Origin: Promethearchaeum syntrophicum
GTDB taxonomy: Archaea > Asgardarchaeota > Lokiarchaeia > Sigyniarchaeales > Promethearchaeaceae
DNA: 32,000 bases
Reading direction: 5' to 3'
Assembly (NCBI RefSeq): GCF_008000775.2
Contig: NZ_CP042905.2
Location: 2,280,001 to 2,312,000, forward strand
Below are positions 17,794 to 27,600 of this stretch, in pieces. The notes under the pieces are model-generated. The model had not been told where the DNA came from. It saw only the letters and a list, made by a program, of their open reading frames with translations, and searched no databases. Every line of letters begins with the position of its first letter. The first letter of the stretch is position 1. Both the position numbers and the translations under genes were made by a program.

Positions 17794-17850
17794 CCGAAAT
17801 TGGCACATAAAAATAAATCAATTTACAAAAAAAAAAAAGTAGATTATTTA
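17778..17850 (+). repeat. right copy of ~72 bp direct repeat (element A)
   Basis: 'aaatgagctaaaatgaccgaaattggcacataaaaataaatcaatttacaaaaaaaaaaaagtagattattta'. It includes the last codons and stop of the fic gene. Confidence 0.85.
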
Positions 17851-17854
17851 AAAA

Positions 17855-19759
17855 TTATCTATGTTTTTTACTACTAATTATAATTCCTATTGTTGAAATA
17901 GCAAAAATTGCTAGAAATACTTCCATTGGATAACCTGGAATATTGAAACCTGAGAAGGGGCCATTATTACCTGTGTTCTCTCCATCATTCATAACTAGGG
18001 GATATTCATCAAATATACCTGCCGCAATTTCATATGGTGTATCCCAAACTACACCATTATTGGTAGCATCAGGATAACGTACTTCATAATCCCCCCAATA
18101 ATTTCCAATTGAGCCATTATCCCATTGATTATTATTGGAATCGAAACTATTTGCTTGGTTTTCTTGGTTATTAATAAAATAATTTTCAGTGATTGTTGTG
18201 TTGTTCGAAGATTCCAATTCAATTCCTTCTTTGTTGTTGAATGAACAGTTATTTCCCACGACTGTGTTGTAATTCGATCTTTGCAACCCAATTCCATCAT
18301 TAAAATTGTTTAAACAAGTGTTGTTCGATACTATGTTGTAGTCTGAAGATTCCAGTAAAATTCCATCGTTTGTGATAAATCCCACTGTTTGAGTCATTCC
18401 GTTGTTTGAACAATAATTACCCGAGATCGTATTGTAGTTGGATAAATATAACCTAATTCCCTCATTGTTGTTATTTGCTACAATATTATTCATTATTTTT
18501 ACATTCGAACAAGAAAACAGATAAATTCCATAAAAATAATTATCGTTGATAAAACTACCATTTTCAATTATACAATCCCGAATGATAAGATATGCATCGG
18601 TATGATCAATAACTATTCCATGAGCGGTGCTGGCATCGATTTTATAACCTTCTATTATATAAGGGTCATTGGATGTCCCACTTCCCTCAGAACAAAATGA
18701 TGCGAGTTCCGCATTTCCATTAATAGCAATCGGAGCGTGTATTTCTGCTACAATAGGGGTATTACTCTCTCCATCATTCATAACAAGGGGATATTCATCA
18801 AATACACCTGCTGTGATTTCATAGGGTGTATCCCAAATTATACCATCATTGGTAGCTCCGGGATAACGGACTCTATAATCTCCCCAATAATTTCCAATTG
18901 AGTTAGAGTTATTATACCATTGATTATTATTGGAATCGAAACTATTTGCTTGGTCTTCTAGATTATTAAGAAAGAAATTTTCAGTGATTATTGTGTAGTT
19001 CGAAGATTCCACTTCAATTCCTTCTTTGTTGTTGAATGAACAGTTATTTCCCACGACTGTGTTGAAATTCGATCTTTGTAACCCAATTCCATCATTAAAA
19101 TTGCTTAAACAAGTGTTATTCGATACTGTGTTGTAGTCTGAAGATTCTAGTAAAATTCCATCGTTTGTAATAAATCCAACTATTTGAGTCATTCCGTTAT
19201 TGGAGCAATTATTGCCCGAGATTGTGATGTGATTTGAATCATATATCCTAATTCCTTCATTATTATTATTGGACACTGTATTATTGAAAATTTTTACATT
19301 TGAACAACTAAATAAATGAATACCAAAAAAATAATTATCATCAATAAAACTACCATTTTCAATTATACAGTTTTGAATGGTAAGATAGGCATCGGTATTA
19401 TCGATACATATTCCATGAGCTGTACTAGCATCGATTTCATATCCTTCGATAATATACGGGTCACCAGGTATTCCACTTCCATGAGTACAAAAGGCTGCTA
19501 ATGCTACATTCCCGCTAATCGATATGGGATCATCCCCTATAGCTGAGATCGGAGCATTATTTATCGTTTCTTTATCATTTTCACTTAAAAATTCTTCTTC
19601 ATTTTTAATAATCAAATTTGAATCAAGTAATTTCTGGTCATTAGTATTTGTAATAGGATTATTAACTTCAATAAGATTGGCCATAATAATGACTCCAATA
19701 AAAATTACCTCTATACCAATCATTTTGTTTCTAAATTTACTATTTTTCATATCTTTCAC
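17855..19759 (-). CDS. NosD-like right-handed parallel beta-helix surface protein
   Basis: 634 aa. 'ITISGNNCSNNG…GIGLQRSNFNTVVGNNCSFNNKEGI' beta-helix motifs; N-terminal hydrophobic segment; C-terminal 'IPGYPMEVFLAIFAISTIGIIISSKKHR'. Confidence 0.9.
   Translation of the reverse strand: MKDMKNSKFRNKMIGIEVIFIGVIIMANLIEVNNPITNTNDQKLLDSNLIIKNEEEFLSENDKETINNAPISAIGDDPISISGNVALAAFCTHGSGIPGDPYIIEGYEIDASTAHGICIDNTDAYLTIQNCIIENGSFIDDNYFFGIHLFSCSNVKIFNNTVSNNNNEGIRIYDSNHITISGNNCSNNGMTQIVGFITNDGILLESSDYNTVSNNTCLSNFNDGIGLQRSNFNTVVGNNCSFNNKEGIEVESSNYTIITENFFLNNLEDQANSFDSNNNQWYNNSNSIGNYWGDYRVRYPGATNDGIIWDTPYEITAGVFDEYPLVMNDGESNTPIVAEIHAPIAINGNAELASFCSEGSGTSNDPYIIEGYKIDASTAHGIVIDHTDAYLIIRDCIIENGSFINDNYFYGIYLFSCSNVKIMNNIVANNNNEGIRLYLSNYNTISGNYCSNNGMTQTVGFITNDGILLESSDYNIVSNNTCLNNFNDGIGLQRSNYNTVVGNNCSFNNKEGIELESSNNTTITENYFINNQENQANSFDSNNNQWDNGSIGNYWGDYEVRYPDATNNGVVWDTPYEIAAGIFDEYPLVMNDGENTGNNGPFSGFNIPGYPMEVFLAIFAISTIGIIISSKKHR
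17970..19555 (-). repeat. tandem duplication of a ~265-aa module (about 795 bp each) inside the NosD-like gene
   Basis: Module 1 (about 19555-18761) and module 2 (about 18760-17970) both run from 'I…PYIIEGY.IDASTAHGI' to 'IWDTPYEI.AG.FDEYPLVMNDGE' with very high identity. Confidence 0.9.
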
Positions 19760-20050
19760 TTAAAGATTGTGAATTGAATTAATTATCTTGAATTTCTTCT
19801 TTTATACTGTAAAGAAAATCATTATTGTTTTTTTGACATAATGATAATTATCAAATATTTATAGGGCTATTTAGAATATCTTTTTAATAATTATTTCATG
19901 ATATCGAGGTGATTATTTCACAATATTGTTGAGTTTAGGACCGAAAAATGGGAATAAGGTTAAAAAAGAAGAAATTACAAATACATAAATCGGGATAAGA
20001 GTAAAGTGTATCACTTTGATAACTTTCATTTACTCTCTTTCTCTTATCTC

Positions 20051-20170
20051 CTATTTTTTTGGTAAATCACAATAATTTTCTTTTATAAGGGCTTTAAAAC
20101 GAGCTTGACACTCTTCATTTGATAATTTATTAAGATCATTTATTTTTTCTTTTGTTTTTTCTCTATTTTG
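20051..20170 (-). pseudogene. possible gene remnant with no start codon
   Basis: Open frame 'QNREKTKEKINDLNKLSNEECQARFKALIKENYCDLPKK*', bounded upstream by an in-frame TGA and with no ATG. Confidence 0.3.
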
Positions 20171-20323
20171 TCATGTTAATGCATATAAAAGATTAAATCA
20201 TTTAAATATTTTCCACGTACTAATTATCCACTCATTTTAATTTGGTTTTTTTCACACACGGTAATTTTAAATAGTGGGTTTAGATGTTACCATTAGAAAA
20301 ATTGATAAAAAAGTTGAGGAAAA

Positions 20324-20974
20324 ATGACACGAATAGAAAAAACAAATAAAATTGATTTAGGTCGAATCTCAATGTATGATTTTAACAGCACTGCTGCGGA
20401 TAAAATTCAAATGGATAATAAAATTGAAGAAATGGATAAATTTTGGGATTCCAATGGAACTTTTGGTGAATTTAACCCTGAAGAGATTAAAATCCGCAAA
20501 GATGATCTCTATGGAAAAATTGGAAAGCTTTATTCGGATATCAATCGTTTAAATAGCGCAATTAGCAAGTGCAAAAATCAGAATAATAAGAATGATAAGA
20601 ATGATAAGAATGATAAGAATGATAAGAATGATGAGGAGGATATTGAAAAAGAGTATATTCACGTTTTACAAAGAGAAAAAAAAGAAAAGGAAGAGGAACT
20701 CACCCTTTTTACCGAAATTGCAGAGAAATGCTGGAATTTATGGAATCCTTTAATGACCCTCAAAAATTTAACCTGGGAAATTAGATATGATGAGTTAAAT
20801 ATTGATCCTGATCATAATAATGCACTGGATAAGGAAAAATATATCCAAGCCTCCATTAAAAAAATTAAAGAAATTCAGATTAAAATTGATCAAGAATTCA
20901 TTCTAGATAAAGACGAATACAGTTATTTCTATACTGACTATCTCGAACTTAAAGAGGATTATCATTTGATCTAA
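20324..20974 (+). CDS. coiled-coil hypothetical protein with (NDK)n linker
   Basis: 216-aa ORF, strongly charged and helical, with a low-complexity NDKNDKNDKNDKNDE insert. Confidence 0.65.
   Translation: MTRIEKTNKIDLGRISMYDFNSTAADKIQMDNKIEEMDKFWDSNGTFGEFNPEEIKIRKDDLYGKIGKLYSDINRLNSAISKCKNQNNKNDKNDKNDKNDKNDEEDIEKEYIHVLQREKKEKEEELTLFTEIAEKCWNLWNPLMTLKNLTWEIRYDELNIDPDHNNALDKEKYIQASIKKIKEIQIKIDQEFILDKDEYSYFYTDYLELKEDYHLI
20582..20635 (+). repeat. 9-bp in-frame microsatellite (AATGATAAG)n
   Basis: aataataag, then four perfect AATGATAAG units, then AATGATGAG. Encodes NNK-NDKx4-NDE. Confidence 0.95.
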
Positions 20975-21032
20975 TAATCTAATAGTCTAATTAATCTCAA
21001 TTTTATAATTTCAAGATGAACTTAAAGAATTC

Positions 21033-21404
21033 ATGCGCAACCATTTATTCGAAAGATATACGTTGAATTTAATTAATCTGATTAATCCTGAACTTATTGT
21101 CTTTAACGGAGTGGATACTTTTAATGTAGTTAGTAAAATCTTTAAAAATAATGTTACAGAAAATGAATTGGATAGAAGTGAGTATCAGACCGAAATCGAA
21201 AGCATCACACAAAAACTACCTGGTATCACACCTTTCTTTTTAAAAGGGAAAATGAAGAATGGAAAAATTAAAATTGTGAAGGATTACGATTTTATGTCAC
21301 TTTATCATACATCAGGAATTGTTAATCCCAACATTCTTGAATATACTAAGGGATTTTTCAAAAAATTTATTCAGAAAGAATATCTTAAGAAACTCGATTT
21401 TTAA
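21033..21404 (+). CDS. possible C-terminal part of a uracil-DNA-glycosylase-fold protein; may be truncated
   Basis: 'INPELIVFNGVDTFNVVSKIF' and 'LYHTSGIVNPNILEYTKGFFKKFI' resemble the C-terminal half of UDG-superfamily proteins. The frame is open only back to a TAA about 20 bp upstream of the ATG. Confidence 0.4.
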   Translation: MRNHLFERYTLNLINLINPELIVFNGVDTFNVVSKIFKNNVTENELDRSEYQTEIESITQKLPGITPFFLKGKMKNGKIKIVKDYDFMSLYHTSGIVNPNILEYTKGFFKKFIQKEYLKKLDF

Positions 21405-21470
21405 TCAAAGATATAAATGGTGAATGAAATTCGGTTAGAAATAAAGTGAAATATTACAAATCAAAAAAAA

Positions 21471-23411
21471 TTATGTGAAAAAATAATTAGTTTCCCACAT
21501 AGTTCGATCCATTGCAAAATCATACCAGATGGTTATCCAAAAGCAAACCATCACTATAATGATACCCCATATTTTTTTGGAACGGAGCGCTTCAAATAAA
21601 GTAACCATTATCAAGATAATAAAAATTAACATGATCGATGGCAGAAAAAGAGTGTTATCCCTAAAATTAACATATTGCATAAATCGTTTAAGGAAAGAGT
21701 AATCTTCATACATCTGGAGACTTTGATTCAGATTGATGGAAATGAACAAGATAAGCCCTAGCGCTACCAATGAGGTGAAACCGTAAACAAATTGAGTTTT
21801 CTTCTTGGATAGAGCTGAAGTTCGCAAGTTCATTGTATTCGATTGATCTGGAGAAAGTGAATGGAATTCCCGAATTATAAATAAATAACCAAGAAAACTT
21901 AGCAGTCCATACACTATACCATGAAATTCCGCAAAAATTAATGCAAGTTTAAAAAACAACAGTGGGAGCAATATCTCGAAATATCCTATGATCATTATTA
22001 TATTTAAGGCATTTACCAATAAACTCCATAAATTTATAACCACTATGATTATTATTCCTGTGGAAACTTGAATTCTGGTAGATTTCTTTAGATATATGCC
22101 AAAAAAAACCCATGTTCCGATATTCAAAGCATTGGAAATACCGAATAATCCCCATTCAATCCATAAATAATACCATGCTTTGTTATCAAAGATAAAATTC
22201 CAATTCGGCATAAAACTGGTGTAAAGAAAACCAGATGAGAAATTCCAGATAGGCACTAACAAGAAAAATAATATAACCCATGGTTTTCGTCGTGGTGGAT
22301 CCTTGGTCCCTCTTAGTTGAAGGATCCTGATTATAACCAGAAGACTAACCAACGTAATAAGAATCCCTAAAACCAGGATTGAGTAATTAAAAACTCTAGA
22401 TGCCAAATCTTGAAATAAAACCCAATCGTCAAAAATGGGATAAAATAGATTAATAATTTGAAGTCCCAAAAGTACGAATGTTGCATTTCGTAGTTGTAGG
22501 GTTCGGTGAACTTGAGATTTTTGCATATTTTTTGAATTTCCATTTCCATCTTTCTCTTGCGTACTCCGAACGTGTTCTTCTGGGGACATTTTCACAATTT
22601 CTCTATTTTTCTCAATTGAGGATATTTCGGGAGTAATTAACCCCTTCTTTTTCCGTATCCTATTAGTTAGAATTAATGAAATGGAAGTAGCAAAGCCGAT
22701 CAACAACGGTGTCAAGGGATTAAGATAATATTTGTAGATAGATGCAAAATTCATATACGTGAATACTTGAGATTCGGTTTGGTGAGTGTGAATGGTAAAA
22801 AAATTGGTTCCGATTCCTCTAAATTCTGTACTTTTGATGTACTTATCATCCCAATATTGAATATGCATTTTACAATCTTCACCTGGTTGTATATTCAAAA
22901 TTGACAGTTGAATGGCAAATTCAGCTATAATATCCCCCTGTCCAGATGATAAAGTATTCGTGCTAACACATTTCACTTTACTTTCATCAATACTCCCACC
23001 CACCGAGATGTCATTTCCAGAAGCCCAAACGATAAAATCTGATGTTCCTACCAGAGATGAAAAATTAATATCCGTGTGTCCTGATCTACCAATAAATTCT
23101 ACATCGTTGATTTTTAGCGCAAATAGAAGATAGTTCGCATCATTCTTAAAATAAAGATCCATCTGCCGATTTGTCTCATAACTCCATACATATGATGTAT
23201 TCTTCACGTTAAACCATATCACTGAATGGTCTGCATCTTCCCACTCTCCCTCCTCCAAAATTCCATCAATTTTTACGGTTTTGGTTGCTTCAGAGGAATT
23301 TATATCATTAATTTCTACAAAACTTGTGCTATCAGCCGCCGCCTTACCCAAAAACAAAACCAAGAAGACAAACGTTGTCGTCAGTGCAATGAACTTAAAT
23401 CTTTTTTTCAT
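21471..23411 (-). CDS. CBM9/DOMON-like extracellular domain plus multi-TM membrane protein
   Basis: 'VKIDGILEEGEWEDADHSVIWF…MDLYFKNDANYLLFALKIND…' then at least 8 hydrophobic helices. The annotated start at 23453 is a TTG; ATG at 23409-23411 (MKKRFKFIALTTTFVFLVLFLG) gives a normal signal peptide. Confidence 0.75.
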   Translation of the reverse strand: MKKRFKFIALTTTFVFLVLFLGKAAADSTSFVEINDINSSEATKTVKIDGILEEGEWEDADHSVIWFNVKNTSYVWSYETNRQMDLYFKNDANYLLFALKINDVEFIGRSGHTDINFSSLVGTSDFIVWASGNDISVGGSIDESKVKCVSTNTLSSGQGDIIAEFAIQLSILNIQPGEDCKMHIQYWDDKYIKSTEFRGIGTNFFTIHTHQTESQVFTYMNFASIYKYYLNPLTPLLIGFATSISLILTNRIRKKKGLITPEISSIEKNREIVKMSPEEHVRSTQEKDGNGNSKNMQKSQVHRTLQLRNATFVLLGLQIINLFYPIFDDWVLFQDLASRVFNYSILVLGILITLVSLLVIIRILQLRGTKDPPRRKPWVILFFLLVPIWNFSSGFLYTSFMPNWNFIFDNKAWYYLWIEWGLFGISNALNIGTWVFFGIYLKKSTRIQVSTGIIIIVVINLWSLLVNALNIIMIIGYFEILLPLLFFKLALIFAEFHGIVYGLLSFLGYLFIIREFHSLSPDQSNTMNLRTSALSKKKTQFVYGFTSLVALGLILFISINLNQSLQMYEDYSFLKRFMQYVNFRDNTLFLPSIMLIFIILIMVTLFEALRSKKIWGIIIVMVCFWITIWYDFAMDRTMWETNYFFT

Positions 23412-23620
23412 TTTTATCTCTTTTTTATCTTTTATCTTTTGTTTTACTTTCAACTTATTTGTTAATAAATATTTAGGAAATTTATTTCATATTATCTCAA
23501 CTTCATTTTAAATGATGTGTATTGTCAAAGGGAGATTTTTTTTATATTATTGAATAAACTCCTTGACACGCTCGATTAAAAATTTAAATTTTCAAACAGC
23601 ATTCTTTTATATAGATTTCA

Positions 23621-24628
23621 ATGAACACGGATGATGCAAAGAGACTAAAAAAAATTGCGAGATATCTCCTTCAAATCTCCTTTGTGTTTATCATCGGAAT
23701 CGAATTTCTCCAGATTCCCTTGGCTTCCTGCTTAGATACTTCAAAATTGGGGGAAAGCGGAAAAGTCACCTACGTTGTCGATGGTGATACCTTCGATGTG
23801 GAAAGTGTTGGGAGAGTGCGATTAGCTGATGTGAATACTCCTGAAATGGACACTCAAGCAGGTGTTAATGCGAAAACTTATGTTGCGAGTCTTATAGATC
23901 AAAAAGTGGTTTATCTTGATATCGATGATAAATATGTCACAGGTTATTACGGGAGATATATTGCTGTTGCTTATGTGCCTTATAATTCCACTCATTTAGT
24001 CAATTTAAATCAACTTTTATTAAAAACGGGTTATGCCGAAAAGGCGGATTATGATAATGAGTTTAATCCCACTATTTGGGAAAATAATCCTACGGAATAT
24101 GTTAAAAATCCGAGCATTCCCGACACTCCGGAAAATTCAGATAATCCCGATAATCCCGATAATTCGAATGATTCAAGTTCCAATGTTATTGCAGGGGTAA
24201 TTGTTTTAATAGTTGGAATTCTTTTTCTTAGTGGAGTTTTTCTATTTTATGCAGATAAAAATACTTCTTCTCGATTTATTCCAAAATCTCCTAAGAAATC
24301 TGTTCATCCCAGAGAAAAATTAACGCGTCCAGCAATTTTGAAAACTAAGAGAATCATAAATTCTGAGGAGTCACCACCATCTTCTCGACAAACCTTGTTA
24401 AAGACAGGAAAATTCGGCTATTTAAAGCAGAATGTTGAAGGTATGTTATCGTGGTCATTATGGAAAATTGTTCAAGTGCGAGGAGAGAACAAACGTGTTA
24501 GAAATGCGCCCCCGACTGAAAATTTCTGGAAAATTTGGGGCAAATATAAAAGTTCGATTAAAGAATTAGGATTTTCTCTTTCTAAATATAACGAACGCTG
24601 GCAAGTAAGTCAATGGGAAACTCTCTAG
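23621..24628 (+). CDS. secreted/membrane-anchored thermonuclease (SNase-like) family protein
   Basis: Signal peptide; 'GKVTYVVDGDTFDVESVGRVRLADVNTPEMDTQAGVNAKTYVASLIDQKVVYLDID…GRYIAVAYV…NLNQLLLKTGYAEKADY…EFNP'; then TM and basic C-terminal domain. Confidence 0.9.
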   Translation: MNTDDAKRLKKIARYLLQISFVFIIGIEFLQIPLASCLDTSKLGESGKVTYVVDGDTFDVESVGRVRLADVNTPEMDTQAGVNAKTYVASLIDQKVVYLDIDDKYVTGYYGRYIAVAYVPYNSTHLVNLNQLLLKTGYAEKADYDNEFNPTIWENNPTEYVKNPSIPDTPENSDNPDNPDNSNDSSSNVIAGVIVLIVGILFLSGVFLFYADKNTSSRFIPKSPKKSVHPREKLTRPAILKTKRIINSEESPPSSRQTLLKTGKFGYLKQNVEGMLSWSLWKIVQVRGENKRVRNAPPTENFWKIWGKYKSSIKELGFSLSKYNERWQVSQWETL

Positions 24629-24691
24629 TAACTTTTACCATCTATATAAAGAAATTAAGATCTCTCATTATTATTTTTTTAAGTAATTTAG

Positions 24692-27600
24692 CTATCCAAT
24701 TGTAAATTTCTTAGTATCTCGTTGTAAGAAAGATGGTATTGGGTTGTTTAATTTCCAAATAAAATCAATTGGTTTACTTCCACTGTGACTTTGATAAGAA
24801 ACTTTTCCTAAATAATGATAGGCAGCAGTTTGTCCATTTTCCTTCTTATATTTCCTAACAAATAACAAAATTGGATGGTCTTCTTTAATATAACGTTGAC
24901 CTTTAGTAGAATCTTCGGGAGTTGTGCTTTGAGATTGCCAATGAAAAAGAGTTTCACTCATAGAATAATCATTATACATTGTTGAAGGAGAGTATTCTTT
25001 TTCAGATTTAATCAGAGTTACAAAAAATAAATCTAATTTCTTTTCTTTAACATATAAAATACCTTCTCTTTGAGAGAATTTTTTTTTTAAAGTACTTTTT
25101 CCAATTCCTGCTAAAATTTGATCAAGAGAATACTTGCAATGAAGATCTAATCCACATGGAAAATCAAGATCAACCTTTTTATCAATAAAATTAATATGTT
25201 CAAAATTATATTCGAGAACTTCAATGATTTCTTCAAATAATATTGGATTGTTTTGCAATTTCATCATTAAATCTCTATATGTATTGATCCCATTATCTTT
25301 CGGAGGTATTTGCCAAAATGTGTAGTAAAACATTAAAAGCCATCCCAATTCCTCTTCGTTTAAATTCGATTCATCAAAATTTTCAACATACTTGAAGGTT
25401 TCTAATAAAAATTGAATCCATCTTCGTGAATTTATATTGATTAACCGAACCAATCCGTTAGATAATTTCTTTTCATCTGGTTCATTAAAATCAGGCTTGA
25501 TACCAGCTGCTACACAAAGCCGGTTCCAACCTCTTTTATTGTTTGTTGTTTTTGAATAGATCTGATATAATTCTAAATCATGATATTCTATAAAATTCTG
25601 CAAAGTTAATTTTAAACCAGTATTATTTTCAAAATTGCGAATTTTCCTTTTTAAGTTTTTAACATCAAAGATTGAACTATTAATATTATCTAAAATATAT
25701 TGTTGAGCTTGTTTTTCTAACATTATATAACATCCTTTGGGAACATGAGGGAATTGGTTTTCAATCTCTTTTTTAATTCCATTTCTTGTTCTTCCTAATA
25801 GTGCACGAAATTTCTTATCGAAATTATATCGTTTATTTTGACTACCTACAAAATCTAACACTGTTAGACATTCTTTTCCTTTAGATATTCGCAATCCTCG
25901 ACCTAATTGTTGAATAAATATTGTTAAACTTTCCGTAGGTCTTAAAAATAAAATGGTATTAACTTCGGGGATATCCACACCTTCATTATAAAGATCCACC
26001 ACAAAAATAAAATGAATTTCCTTTGAAACTAATTTATTTCTTACTTTATGTCGAACCTCTTTTGAGCTATTTGCATTTAGATCTATTGATGGGATACCAT
26101 TTTCAGTAAATTTTTCAGCCATAAATTTCGCATGTTTTACTCCAACACAGAAACCAATTCCGATAATATCATTTAAATTAGAAGTATATTTATCTATTGC
26201 ACTGATAATTAGTTCAACACGTGTGATATTACTTATATATAATTCTTCGAGTTCAGATTTATCATATCCCCCTCTTGACCATTTAAGATCTGAGAGTTTT
26301 ACGGAATCCGAGACACCAAAGTAATGAAATGGAGAAAGTAACTGTCGATTTATTGCTTCTTTTAATCTTAATTCTGATGCTATTCTGTCATCAAAATACT
26401 CCAAAACATCTTTTCCATCCATTCGTTCTGGAGTTGCTGTCAATCCTAATAGAATTTTTGGATTATAATAACCTAAAATTTTTTTATAAGTTTTAGCTGC
26501 AGCATGATGGAATTCATCAATGATAATAAAATCATAAAAATTTTTCGTTGTAATTTCTTCAATATCTTTTGCATTAAAAGTTTGAACGGATACAAATAAA
26601 TGATCGATATTTCCATCAAGAGGTTTATACCCTCCTACCCAAAGTTCCCCAAAATTTTCATTTCTAAGTACTTGTCGAAAACAATCTCGACTTTGTTTTA
26701 AAATTTCTTCGCGATGGGCAATAAACAATAACCGATTTATTTGTTTTGGATTATTTTGGCAGTAATTCTTGTAATCAAATGCAGATATTACTGTTTTTCC
26801 GGTCCCTGTTGCTGCTACGACCAGATTTCTATATTTATTATGGATTATTCTTTCTGATTCCAATTTATCAAGGATTTCTTGTTGATATGGATAAAGTTGT
26901 AAATCGAAATGAAAACTTGTTGGAACTGCTTGTTTTGCAACTTCTGGGCCATATTTTTCTTTTAAAAGCGCAAATTTTAATTTTTCTCCGTTTTTCTCAA
27001 TATCAAATAATTCAAATTCATTATCATTCCAATATGATTCAAAAGTTCCATTAATTTTCTTAAACAGATCTTTTTCAGAATATTCACTAATTTTTACATT
27101 CCATTCTAAGCCACTCGTAATTGCTGTTCTTGACAAGTTTGCAGAACCAATATACACAGTACTAAATCCTGTGTTTCGATAAAAATGGTATGCTTTTGCA
27201 TGTAAACGAGTTTGGGTGGTGTTGAATGATATTTTTATTTCTGTATTAGGGAGCTGTGATAAATTCTCTATCGCTTTATAATCAGAAGCACCCATATAGC
27301 TAGTTGTTATCAATCGAATTTTTCCATTTCTTTGTGTAAAATTTTTTAATTCATCAAAAATAAGGCGTAATCCGCTCCATCTAATAAACGAAACTAACAT
27401 ATCTACTCTATTTGCACTTGTGATTTCTTTCTTCAATTCATTTAATAATTCAGGATCTTCTTCTGCTCCAGTCAGTAGGGAATTTTGAGCGTATGGCGTT
27501 GTTGATCTTGATATTTGCTTGAAATTTGAGTTTTCATTGGTTTGGGAAACGTTATCAAGAACCGTAAATAACATCTCTGCTTCTTCAGATATTAAGTAAT

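Noticed and set aside
18049-19763. ORFs 18049..18300 (-), 19316..19501 (+), 19524..19763 (+)
   Set aside because: Alternative frames of the NosD-like gene.
21949-23511. ORFs 21949..22155, 22367..22549, 22912..23133, 23226..23465, 23281..23511
   Set aside because: All overlap or are antisense to the CBM9-like/TM gene, with no independent evidence.
26746-27054. 102-aa + strand ORF inside the helicase gene
   Set aside because: Antisense to the strongly supported SF2 helicase motifs.
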